This document shows positions 17,836-26,952 of a stretch of DNA of 64,000 nt, in pieces. The DNA is from Candidatus Binatia bacterium (lineage in GTDB: Bacteria > Desulfobacterota > Binatia > Bin18). The position numbers and the translations under genes were made by a program. The stretch covers positions 94,015 to 158,014 of the forward strand of contig CAXXHG010000038.1 in the NCBI GenBank assembly GCA_963666315.2, given 5' to 3'. Numbering within the stretch: position 1 is the stretch's first letter; each line of letters starts with the position of its first letter. Below the pieces are notes generated by a model. The model ran no database searches, was not told the origin of the DNA, and saw only the letters and a program-made list of their open reading frames with translations.

Positions 17836-18381
17836 CTACTGGGTTCTGCGAGAGAGCTGTTCTTGGATAATCGATGCTTGTCTTTCCGCATCCACTCCTT
17901 CCTCCTCGAGCCCCTCGCTGTAATAAAGTGCCGCAAGGTTATGAAATCGAAGAGCCATTTCTTGATTGTATACTCCTACTGCCTCTTTCCAGATCGCTAC
18001 GGACCGTTTGAAACAGTGTTCCGCCTCGGAGAATCGGCTGAGTTGTGTATACAGGAGCGCGAGGTTATTGAGGTCGGTGGAGAGACACGTCTGGGGGTCC
18101 CCAGGCGAAATCCGAAGTCGATTAGGCTGAGGGGACGGTGCTGGCTGTGAAAGCTGCTCGCCCGTTTCGATGGCCCGCTGAAATAAAGGCTCAGCCGCTT
18201 CATCCTTCCCTTGAAGCCGATAAATCTCTGCGAGGCTGCCAAGGCTGATGGCTAAACGTAGATGTGGCCTGCCGACGGATTCTGCTTTCTGGAGAGCTAT
18301 TTTGTGCATCTGCTCTGCCTCGTCGTAGTCGCCGCGCTTTTGAGCCTGATAACCGGCGTGGTTATACGTTTTCCATGACAT
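17836..18381 (-). CDS. tetratricopeptide repeat protein
   Basis: SLGSLAEIYRLQGKDEAAEPLFQRAI, LNNLALLYTQLSRFSEAEHCFKRS; SD AGGAG. Confidence 0.85.
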   Translation of the reverse strand: MSWKTYNHAGYQAQKRGDYDEAEQMHKIALQKAESVGRPHLRLAISLGSLAEIYRLQGKDEAAEPLFQRAIETGEQLSQPAPSPQPNRLRISPGDPQTCLSTDLNNLALLYTQLSRFSEAEHCFKRSVAIWKEAVGVYNQEMALRFHNLAALYYSEGLEEEGVDAERQASIIQEQLSRRTQ

Positions 18382-18653
18382 AGCATCTCGCTCCTACTCC
18401 GTTAGTGCCTGCTATCGAAACCACCTGGCGCTCATCATTACAGGTGTCGACTTCCTCGTCCAACATTAGCATCTCGAAACGCCAACAATGCAAACTACGC
18501 ACATGACCCCTAATATTCGTGATCTCAACAGGGCGGGTCAGACTAACTTTTTCGGGATTCGATGATGTAGGCTATTGTACTAGGAGGGGATTCAATCGAT
18601 AGTGCTACTTAGGACGCGACGAGCGACTGGCGATAATCACAGAGCGAACTGAA

Positions 18654-19685
18654 ATGATTCCCGTATTCCTCACAACCTGCTCAAAAAGCAAGGTGGGCGT
18701 GGGGTCGTCATACCGCGATTGGCACACCGGAGTAACTGTACCAAACAAGATTCTCAAGGCCAGGAATAGTCTGTATGAGGTATTAAGACAGCGCGAGTTG
18801 CGGAGCCTCAGGGAGGCTGTTCGAGGGCTTGATTTTGTCAAGGATAGCTCAATGGGTGGGGCATATTTGCCGGCACATGTTCGGTATGCCCGCGGGCAGT
18901 TTATGACATCCCTGGAAAGAGAGCTTCAAGAAACCCTCAACCTTTGGTTCGGTGCGAATCGGCTTTTTTTCCTCTCCGGTCTTTATGGGATTGTGAGCGC
19001 GTTGGAGCCAATTCAGAACTATGATGTCGAGTTGGCGGGCAGGGCGGCGGTTCATTGGAACGAGAATCGAAACGCCTTGACTGATTACCTTCTGGGATTG
19101 CTCGAAACGGGCTCGGTATTGCTGGACTGCTGCGGGGATGCGCGCTACTCCGATCTTGTGGACTGGAAGAAGATCGAAGAGAGTGGCTTTCCAGTCTTGC
19201 ATGCAACCGATAGACAACGCGAAGGCGCGCAAGTGCGCGCAGAGGCAGGATTTCTCGCGGCCAACATCAATGAAGAACGTCTTAAGAGAATGAGAGATGG
19301 TGAAAAGTTTCCAGGGATAAATGCCGACATCAAGTTTATCAGCCACAAGGACTTCCGCCAGCTTCCTACTGATACTTCTGGGCATCTTCCTCTGGTGGGC
19401 GTAGTTGAGACGGGTGAAGATGAGTTCTGTGACGTCATTAAGGAGGCCGCACGTCAGCGATGGGACGAGCATTTTAGATTCGAAAAAATTTTAGCATTTG
19501 AAAAGCTTAAACGTTCCTTCAAAGATGGGGTGAGTCAGTGCATCTGTATCATCCCCAAAAAAGGCCACGCGTACCTAGTTCAATGGTGTAAAGGGAGCCA
19601 GATTGAGGATGTTTTTGGCGGTGAGCTACTCAAGGTTCACTCCCCTCATGAACTTACCGTGAAGGAAAGACTAAGCCGTCGATAA
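18654..19685 (+). CDS. YaaA (DUF328)-like protein with extra C-terminal region
   Basis: LTTCSKSK, YLPAHVRYARGQFM, LFFLSGLYGIVSALEPIQNYDVEL. Confidence 0.7.
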   Translation: MIPVFLTTCSKSKVGVGSSYRDWHTGVTVPNKILKARNSLYEVLRQRELRSLREAVRGLDFVKDSSMGGAYLPAHVRYARGQFMTSLERELQETLNLWFGANRLFFLSGLYGIVSALEPIQNYDVELAGRAAVHWNENRNALTDYLLGLLETGSVLLDCCGDARYSDLVDWKKIEESGFPVLHATDRQREGAQVRAEAGFLAANINEERLKRMRDGEKFPGINADIKFISHKDFRQLPTDTSGHLPLVGVVETGEDEFCDVIKEAARQRWDEHFRFEKILAFEKLKRSFKDGVSQCICIIPKKGHAYLVQWCKGSQIEDVFGGELLKVHSPHELTVKERLSRR

Positions 19686-20217
19686 TCTCACTCTCACTGG
19701 TTTCCCCTCAAGAAATTACATCGCGCGAGCTGAATACGAAATCATTTCGCTGGTTTGGTCCACTCATTCTGGGAGCGCTCCCTGAAACTCAGTCGCGCGT
19801 CTCCTGGTTGGATCGTAGAGTTTCCCTTTCGCTGAAGCGTCCCACTGTGTGCTCTGCATTTTTATCGAGGGGCAGAGGGAAGATGGACACTAGCTGAGCC
19901 TCACCTCCTATAACGGTGAGACTCTTTCCTCGCCTTGTCAGCGAATGTTTCGGATTAGGAAAGCTATCATTTCGTACTTTCCGCCACAATTTGGAAAATG
20001 ATATTGCGGACAGGAAAATGTACATGCTGACTTCTGCGACCACCCGGGATTAACTTTTCCCATCACAGAAAGGCCTCCACAGGCCCGCATGTTCGCATTT
20101 GCGTCTGTAACTAGGTACTGGGCTTTGGTCACAGCTAATCTTTGACGAGTGAAAGGGGGATACCTATGGCTAGGTTTGCTTTGTCTATGCTTTCTGGATT
20201 CATTGGTGGTGTGATTG

Positions 20218-21780
20218 CTACATACCTGGGGGCCGTGACGGTCTTCCGCGTTGCGCCAGAAAGTGTGCAATCTCCACCAATGCCCAGGTGTCTTGCCGAC
20301 AATACCTGCGCAGTTCTTGCTCTAACCGAGCCTTGTCTTCGTCCGGCGTATTTTCGTTGAGGGCGGCCTCCAGGTAGGCTATTTGGGCAGCAGTTCCTTC
20401 TTGCACGCCATCGAGCGCGCCATAGTCGAGGTCGGGCGCGATAGCCGGCAATACTTTCTTCATAGAGAACGAGCCGCACATGTGCGGGTGGTAGAAATGT
20501 TGCTTCACCAGCGGAAGCAGATCGACGACACGATTCAGGTATTTTTCGACCAAGTCAGCATAACGGGAATGGCGCTCTGAAAGCTCCCGTAAACGTGTTT
20601 TCTCGTAGGCTGCAAAGTAGACAAAAATAGGCCCATCATCATCCTGATCGATCATCTCCTCCATGCGTTGGATGCACGGAAGCGAGGGATCGCCGCCGGT
20701 GAGATCAAGAAACTCCGCGTGCTCGAAAACGCCCGGCGCGCGCTCTATATGACATGACCATTGAAAGGGAATTTGTTCGTAGGGCCGAACACCTGGCCAG
20801 ACCGGCACCGGGAGATCAATGCCCTCGAAATCGAAGTAATAGCGCGGATACGGGAAGCGTTCGATAATTTCGGCACTGCCAGGCACTATGACAGCCTGTC
20901 CTGAACGGTGGGCTTCCTGAATGCGTCGGTACAGGTCTTTCTGCGAGCCCGTCAGCTCTTCGGGGCTCGGGTCGAGAATGGAGAGATATCCTTTTTTCTC
21001 CCGCAATTTCCTAGCAAGCGACTTCCCACCGACATCTGGCAACAACTCAATCGGATGATCTGGTTCCGGCGGCTCCAGGGTCCGACAATGGTCTTGGAAC
21101 TGGCACTCATAGGGGTTGTGGCAGTGTTTCCCTGTGCGGACTTCGGGTTTGTCGCCATTGATCGCTGATTGCGCGCCGTCAAGCCATCCTGGCACTTGGC
21201 CGACTCTATCCCTGATTTCCGCTGTCGCGTCGAATTGGCGAAATAGGCCGGAGTAGTCACCACCTCCCGGATAACGCCATCTGTTGTTCAGGAGGTTAAG
21301 TTCAGCTCGATTCATTGGAATCCCGCTGTGCGACATCACCCACGCTTGTATTGCCAAATCGTCCAAATGGTGTTCCTTTGGCTTCCCTAGTGTGACCTTG
21401 TCCGATTTCAGCGGAAAAGTTGATGCCTTTGTTTCCTGGAGGACATAGCCCCCACCTTCTGGGATGAGCGCATCCGTACGTGCGTACAATCCTCCATGAA
21501 CCATCGGGACTTCCGTGGCGGGTGACTGCGGATATCTGCGCAGAAGAGATTTTGCCTCTTCCGCCGCTACGGTCTGATCGTCCAACGCCGGAGGCCACAG
21601 GAAATCTTGACTTAGCTGCTCACGTGCCTTTGCACCGACGAGGTTCCCATCAACAGATCTTCGACGGCTTGAAGCATCCTCGGGGCTGGCAAGCTCCGGC
21701 TCATGCTGCTCAAGCCAAAGCTTCCGTGCACACTGTAGGTACGACAGGATATTTGATTTGCTGAGCATATTTAGCTCCAT
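20218..21780 (-). CDS. DUF2779 protein (Cas4/RecB-like PD-(D/E)xK domain plus RNase H-like domain)
   Basis: LSKSNILSYLQCARKLWL, RTDAL..QETKAST, GKHCHNPYECQFQDHC, YFDFEG..YEQIPFQWS, SFSMKKVLP, YCRQDT. Confidence 0.85.
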   Translation of the reverse strand: MELNMLSKSNILSYLQCARKLWLEQHEPELASPEDASSRRRSVDGNLVGAKAREQLSQDFLWPPALDDQTVAAEEAKSLLRRYPQSPATEVPMVHGGLYARTDALIPEGGGYVLQETKASTFPLKSDKVTLGKPKEHHLDDLAIQAWVMSHSGIPMNRAELNLLNNRWRYPGGGDYSGLFRQFDATAEIRDRVGQVPGWLDGAQSAINGDKPEVRTGKHCHNPYECQFQDHCRTLEPPEPDHPIELLPDVGGKSLARKLREKKGYLSILDPSPEELTGSQKDLYRRIQEAHRSGQAVIVPGSAEIIERFPYPRYYFDFEGIDLPVPVWPGVRPYEQIPFQWSCHIERAPGVFEHAEFLDLTGGDPSLPCIQRMEEMIDQDDDGPIFVYFAAYEKTRLRELSERHSRYADLVEKYLNRVVDLLPLVKQHFYHPHMCGSFSMKKVLPAIAPDLDYGALDGVQEGTAAQIAYLEAALNENTPDEDKARLEQELRRYCRQDTWALVEIAHFLAQRGRPSRPPGM

Positions 21781-21951
21781 TCGCTCATTGACGACACCCT
21801 ATAAAAACGACGGCAATGACCACAACGAGGCGTACACGCATAAACAATCCCTCTATCTGGTAGGGATACTTTCCCCTTAGCCGGTCCCGATCTGCGCGGT
21901 CAAGGAGGAATTATCGAGATCATTGGCGACATCGAGAGAACTCATACAACG

Positions 21952-24207
21952 TCACGGATTCATCAGATTCTCAGCGTCGCGATGTTTAGCCGGTTCTGTC
22001 GGCAGAGACCCCAATTTTGACCGTCGTTCTTCTTCAAACGCTTGTTCCAGTAATCCTTTCAGAGACTCTGGATTCACCGCCTCCTGGGCTGCCTCCTTCA
22101 GCGCACTCCGATCAGCATAGGCCATAATATCTTTGATCTTCGATCCTAAGAGCGTTCTCAGTCGCTCGTCATAGGTGTCCTCTGCAATCAGACGATGGAC
22201 ATGCACGCGACGCAACTGACCAATACGCCGCGTTCTCGCGATGGCCTGCCATTCTGTCGTCGGCTTCGTCTGTGGCTCCATGATAACAACAACAGATGCG
22301 GCCTGGAGATTCAGACCAACCCCGCCGGCATTGATCTGAGAGACGAGGATCGCGTGCCCCGGCTCGTTAGTGAACTCCTCAACAGTCCGTTGCCGCTCAT
22401 TTGATGAAAGAGCGCCCGTAATCACGTAGCGCGTCCCACAGGTCCCTTGGACGGTTCGGACAATATCGAGATAGAAGGAGAACACTAGAACTTTCTCATT
22501 CGTTTCTTGATAATTCACGATGAGTTCGTCAAGCCGCTGCATTTTGCCGCTTTGTCCATCTCCACGTCCAATTGTGGCTGCACGCAAGGCATCGTGGTAG
22601 GTGCCTCCCATAAGGGCGTCCATATACGCGCCATGGTCCGTCGAGGTCAGGTCCACCCATTCATCTTCCTCAATCATTTCCGGTAGCTCCGGGAGAACAT
22701 CTTCCTGTTTGCGTCGCAGATAGACAGGCGCAATGGCCTTCCGAAAGCGCAGCGGTCCTAGCGTGCCGGCGTCGTGCGAGTCGGCCAGGCGCCGACCAAG
22801 TGATGGTTGAAGCATGGCAATCAACGCGATCATCTCCGACGGACGGTTCTCGATAGGCGTTCCGCTCATCAGCATGGCGTAGTCAGCCCATTTTACAATG
22901 CGCTGCGCCTGATGAGACCTGTTTGCTGCGGGATTCTTCACATAATGGCACTCGTCGATGACGGCCAGATCGACTTGCGGTGGCAGTTTGCAAGACGCCC
23001 GTGATAAGGCTCCGAGCGAGATGATGAGTACGTCAAATTTCATCATCTTCTCCGAAACCTCGCGGGGGTTGGCAATATCAACCGTGAGGGACGTGAGTCG
23101 TTCGATTTCGTGACGCCACTGTGCACAGACGGGAGCTGGCGCTACGACAATGGCGTTGAGACGCTTGCGTTCACGTTTCAGATGCGTCGCCACAGCAAGG
23201 GCTTCTATCGTCTTGCCCAAGCCCATCTCGTCACCAAGCAGCACACGCTCCTGCGCTAATGCGAACTTCGCACCAAACGCTTGATACCGTCTCAGCGAAA
23301 TCTCTTTGAAGTGCGGGTGTAAGGGAGTCGCTTCGATCCGTTCGACTAGATCATCGCTCTTGAGTCCGTGGACTTTGCCTGGGTGAAAGCGGTCAAGGAG
23401 TAGTTCTATGACCTGAGTCCGGCTTTCGGCATAGAGATCGGTGAGAGACGATTCTGCTCGTTTAGCGTCTTTGCTTTCCAGATCGGCCTTGAGCGCGCGG
23501 GCAGTCTCTCGCGTCTCATCTACGTTTGACTGGTTGCGAGCGGTGGATACGTGCTCTCGTATGTGTACCGGCTTTTGTCCAGCCAGACATCGAAGGAGCG
23601 CGCGGCGGTGCACCTTTTTCCAGGCGCGGTGCTCTTGTGGCAGAGCACGTTCTTGGGCAGCAATTTGCTCTTGAAACTCGTCATCACTGTCGAGGAGGGC
23701 CAGGGCCGTCGTGGCGACGTTCGTCTCTTCAGGGAGCAAATGGGCTCCTGGGATGGCTGTCCAGTGTTCCTCCCAATATTCGTCGCGGAGGCTGTCTTTC
23801 AGAGAAAGGAGATTGAACAGAGCGTCGCCGCGCAGACGCGGGATTGTCGGAACGCCTCGGTCGACGTCCGCGATTCGGCTGTACCCGTCTGACTCAAGCC
23901 GCTCCACCCCCTGTTTCCCCAGCCCATCGACTTTGAAATCACGGATACGGAGTTTACGCCATTCCCGTTCAAACCGCTCTGTCGCCAATCTCCGGTATGC
24001 TATATCGAGCCGATCTTGACGTGTACTGAACTCATTGGCGGCCCAGGCCATATCAGCTTGGCAGCTCGCCAGGGTCCGTTTCCAGTCCCTTATTTCCTTG
24101 CGCCAGATGAACAAGTAATAGCGTGCCAAGAGGCACGTGATCACGATGATGACAGCAGCTATGCCGGCCAGCTCAGTTGTCACGGCGGACTCCTGTGGTG
24201 GGATCAT
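21952..24207 (-). CDS. SNF2-family helicase with N-terminal transmembrane helix
   Basis: LAGIAAVIIVITCLLARYYLFIW; LGDEMGLGKT, DECH, SGTPIEN, GVGLNLQ, QAIARTRRIGQ. Confidence 0.88.
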   Translation of the reverse strand: MIPPQESAVTTELAGIAAVIIVITCLLARYYLFIWRKEIRDWKRTLASCQADMAWAANEFSTRQDRLDIAYRRLATERFEREWRKLRIRDFKVDGLGKQGVERLESDGYSRIADVDRGVPTIPRLRGDALFNLLSLKDSLRDEYWEEHWTAIPGAHLLPEETNVATTALALLDSDDEFQEQIAAQERALPQEHRAWKKVHRRALLRCLAGQKPVHIREHVSTARNQSNVDETRETARALKADLESKDAKRAESSLTDLYAESRTQVIELLLDRFHPGKVHGLKSDDLVERIEATPLHPHFKEISLRRYQAFGAKFALAQERVLLGDEMGLGKTIEALAVATHLKRERKRLNAIVVAPAPVCAQWRHEIERLTSLTVDIANPREVSEKMMKFDVLIISLGALSRASCKLPPQVDLAVIDECHYVKNPAANRSHQAQRIVKWADYAMLMSGTPIENRPSEMIALIAMLQPSLGRRLADSHDAGTLGPLRFRKAIAPVYLRRKQEDVLPELPEMIEEDEWVDLTSTDHGAYMDALMGGTYHDALRAATIGRGDGQSGKMQRLDELIVNYQETNEKVLVFSFYLDIVRTVQGTCGTRYVITGALSSNERQRTVEEFTNEPGHAILVSQINAGGVGLNLQAASVVVIMEPQTKPTTEWQAIARTRRIGQLRRVHVHRLIAEDTYDERLRTLLGSKIKDIMAYADRSALKEAAQEAVNPESLKGLLEQAFEEERRSKLGSLPTEPAKHRDAENLMNP

Positions 24208-24417
24208 TTACTAATGGGTCATCTGTTGGCCCTCTGTCAACAGGCGACGCTCAAGAGGACCGCGCGCGTTTCGCCATTGCCGGCAAATGACGGGTCGTAC
24301 CTAGGGCGCGAGTGAACCCAGATAGGCCATGGTATCGACTCTCTTCGCTTGACCCCGGCATATCCCGCGCGGTACATTCCGGCATTATCACGACACACAT
24401 TAGGAGAGGGGGTCTTC

Positions 24418-24564
24418 TTGCCGGCAAACACCACGGAGATAGAAAAGCGGCTGTGGGATGCGGCGGATGAGCTACGCGCCAATTCCCGCCTCAAAGCATC
24501 GGAATACTCAGTGCCCGTCTTGGGTCTGATCTTCCTCAAGATCGACGTGAGGGAAGCCGCATGA
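24418..24564 (+). pseudogene. hsdM: N-terminal fragment of a second, different hsdM
   Basis: SD AGGAG, TTG start, [40 protein letters not shown]; stop overlaps the next ATG. Confidence 0.8.
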
Positions 24565-26816
24565 GCGAAATGTTATTCCAACAGGTCCAGTACAATCTGG
24601 AGGCGTTAGTCAATTTCATCGAGTTGGGACAGATTGGTCTGCCGAACATCCAGCGGCCCTTTGTCTGGAAGAATACCAAGGTACGCGACCTGTTCGATTC
24701 CATGTACCGAGGATATCCGGTCGGCTACCTGCTCCTGTGGCAAAACGGCTTTAGCGATGACATCCGCACCATCGGCACCGATCACAAGCAAACGGCTCCA
24801 CGGCTCCTGATCGTGGACGGCCAGCAACGCCTCACCTCTCTCTACGCCGTTGTCAAAGGTGTCCCGGTGCTCCGAGAGAACTACAGCACCGAAACGATTG
24901 CTATTGCCTTTAGTCCGCTGTTAGAGCGCTTCGAGGTGGCCGACGCCGCTATCCGGCGTGACAAGTTCTATATCCCGAATATTTCCGTCCTCTGGAGCCC
25001 CGATACCGACCTGTTCGACCTGGTCGATGACTATCTCGAAAACCTGTCGTCGAATCGCGAGGTCAGCGCAGAGGAACGCAAACACATCCGCAAGGTCATC
25101 CAGCGGCTCAGCAACTTGCTCACCTATCCGTTGACCGCGCTGGAGCTGTCTCCCAAGATTGACGACGAGCAAGTGGCGGAAGTTTTTGTTCGCATTAATA
25201 GTAAAGGGACCGCCCTCGTTGAGGCCGACTTTATCCTGACTTTGATGTCAGTCTTTTGGGATGATGGCCGAGCCGAATTGGAGACCTTCTGCCGCACGGC
25301 TCGCACGCCGACCGTCGGCGAGGCGTCCCCATTTAATCACTTTATCCACCCGGACCCGGATCAACTGCTGCGTGTCAACGTCGGTGTCGGATTCAAACGG
25401 GCGCGGCTCAAGTTCGTCTACTCCATCCTGCGGGGCAAAGACCTCGAAACCGGGCAGTTCAGTGCCGAGCGCCGGGACGCGCAATTTAAGATACTCAAAC
25501 AGGCGCAGACTCGTACCCTCAACCTCCAATACTGGCATGACTTCTTTAAGGCCATTGTCCAGGCGGGCTACAAGGGAGGCCGGCTCTTTACCTCACAGAA
25601 CAATCTGCTGTTCACCTACGTCATGTATCTGATCGGACGCACCGAATACGGCGTCGGTGAACGCACCTTACGGCAGGCCATCGCCAAATGGTTCTTCATG
25701 TGTAGCCTCACCGGGCGGTATACCCGCTCCCCCGAAAGCGACTTCGAGTTCGACTTAGCCCGGCTGCGTGAAATAAAAGACGGCGACGCCTTCATCACCA
25801 TGTTGCATCAGATTTGCGATACCACCCTGACCGGCGACTTCTGGACGCTCACGCTGCCGAACGAGCTGGCAACCTCCTCACCCAGGAGCCCCTCACTCTT
25901 CGCGTATTACGCCTCCCTCATCCTCCTAGACGCCAAAGCCTTGTTCTCCCCGCAACGAGTCGTGGACCTTATGGACCCCTCAGTGCACGCGCGCCGCAAT
26001 GCCATTGAGCGCCATCACCTGTTTCCGCTGGGCTATCTCAAAACCCTCGGCATTACCGATATCCGAGAAACCAACCAGATCGCCAATTACGCCATTACCG
26101 AATGGAATGACAACGTGGACATCAGCGACCAGCCGCCGGCAGTGTATCTGCCACAACTGATAGAGCAAGTGGACGTCAAAGAACTGGATCGCATGACCTA
26201 CTGGCACGCCCTCCCAGACGGATGGGAGAACATGAAGTACAGCGATTTCCTGACCCAGCGCCGGGAGCGCATGGCCCGTGTCATGGCCGACGCCTATAAG
26301 CGCCTGTCCGGCCCCAGCGAGGAAGAACGGCGCGGACAAGAGGTCTCCTTAGTCGATCTGATCGGAGACGGCGAAACGAGCCGGGTGGAGTTCAAAGCCA
26401 CCTTGCGGGTCAATCTGCACACCGGCCAAAAAGACCCACGCATGGAGCTGGCCATCCTCAAGACCGTCGCCGGCTTTCTCAACACCCAAGGCGGGACGCT
26501 GCTGATTGGGGTGGGCGATCACGGCAATCCGGTCGGCATCGAGGCAGACGGCTTTGCCAATGAAGATAAGATGAACCTGCATCTCATTCACCTGCTGCGG
26601 GATCGCATCGGGACCGCCAAACTCATGTATGTGCATCCCCGCTTTGAAGACCATGAGGACGAGCGGGTGCTCGCCGTCGATTGCTGGCCGGCCAAGTCGC
26701 CGGTGTTTGTCAAAGACGGCAATACCGAACACTTCTACATTCGCACCGGCACCTCGACCTCGGAGCTGACCTCCAGTCAGACCCACGACTTCATTACACA
26801 ACACTTCGACTCTTAG
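24561..26816 (+). CDS. GmrSD-like (DUF262 + HNH-type DUF1524) protein fused to a C-terminal Schlafen/AlbA_2 domain
   Basis: [27 protein letters not shown]; ERHHLFP..NQIAN; [34 protein letters not shown]. Confidence 0.88.
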   Translation: MSEMLFQQVQYNLEALVNFIELGQIGLPNIQRPFVWKNTKVRDLFDSMYRGYPVGYLLLWQNGFSDDIRTIGTDHKQTAPRLLIVDGQQRLTSLYAVVKGVPVLRENYSTETIAIAFSPLLERFEVADAAIRRDKFYIPNISVLWSPDTDLFDLVDDYLENLSSNREVSAEERKHIRKVIQRLSNLLTYPLTALELSPKIDDEQVAEVFVRINSKGTALVEADFILTLMSVFWDDGRAELETFCRTARTPTVGEASPFNHFIHPDPDQLLRVNVGVGFKRARLKFVYSILRGKDLETGQFSAERRDAQFKILKQAQTRTLNLQYWHDFFKAIVQAGYKGGRLFTSQNNLLFTYVMYLIGRTEYGVGERTLRQAIAKWFFMCSLTGRYTRSPESDFEFDLARLREIKDGDAFITMLHQICDTTLTGDFWTLTLPNELATSSPRSPSLFAYYASLILLDAKALFSPQRVVDLMDPSVHARRNAIERHHLFPLGYLKTLGITDIRETNQIANYAITEWNDNVDISDQPPAVYLPQLIEQVDVKELDRMTYWHALPDGWENMKYSDFLTQRRERMARVMADAYKRLSGPSEEERRGQEVSLVDLIGDGETSRVEFKATLRVNLHTGQKDPRMELAILKTVAGFLNTQGGTLLIGVGDHGNPVGIEADGFANEDKMNLHLIHLLRDRIGTAKLMYVHPRFEDHEDERVLAVDCWPAKSPVFVKDGNTEHFYIRTGTSTSELTSSQTHDFITQHFDS

Positions 26817-26952
26817 CTGACAATTATGATGGCTAGCGACTACTCCGAAGATGTCCTTGTTGGATAGCCGACAATCGCCCTGTTGCCGAACTCGGCTACA
26901 AGACCGCCAATTGTCTCTACGGGCAATCGATGCGTAAGGAACCCACATAGCC

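Noticed and set aside
20166-20360. Small plus-strand ORF MARFALSMLSGFIGGVIATYLG with SD-like GAAAGGGGG
   Set aside because: Signal-peptide-like start, but mostly overlaps the DUF2779 3' end on the other strand; may be a remnant, not supportable.
20218-21780. Cas4 of a CRISPR system
   Set aside because: Cas4-like motifs belong to a DUF2779 protein; no array or other cas genes.
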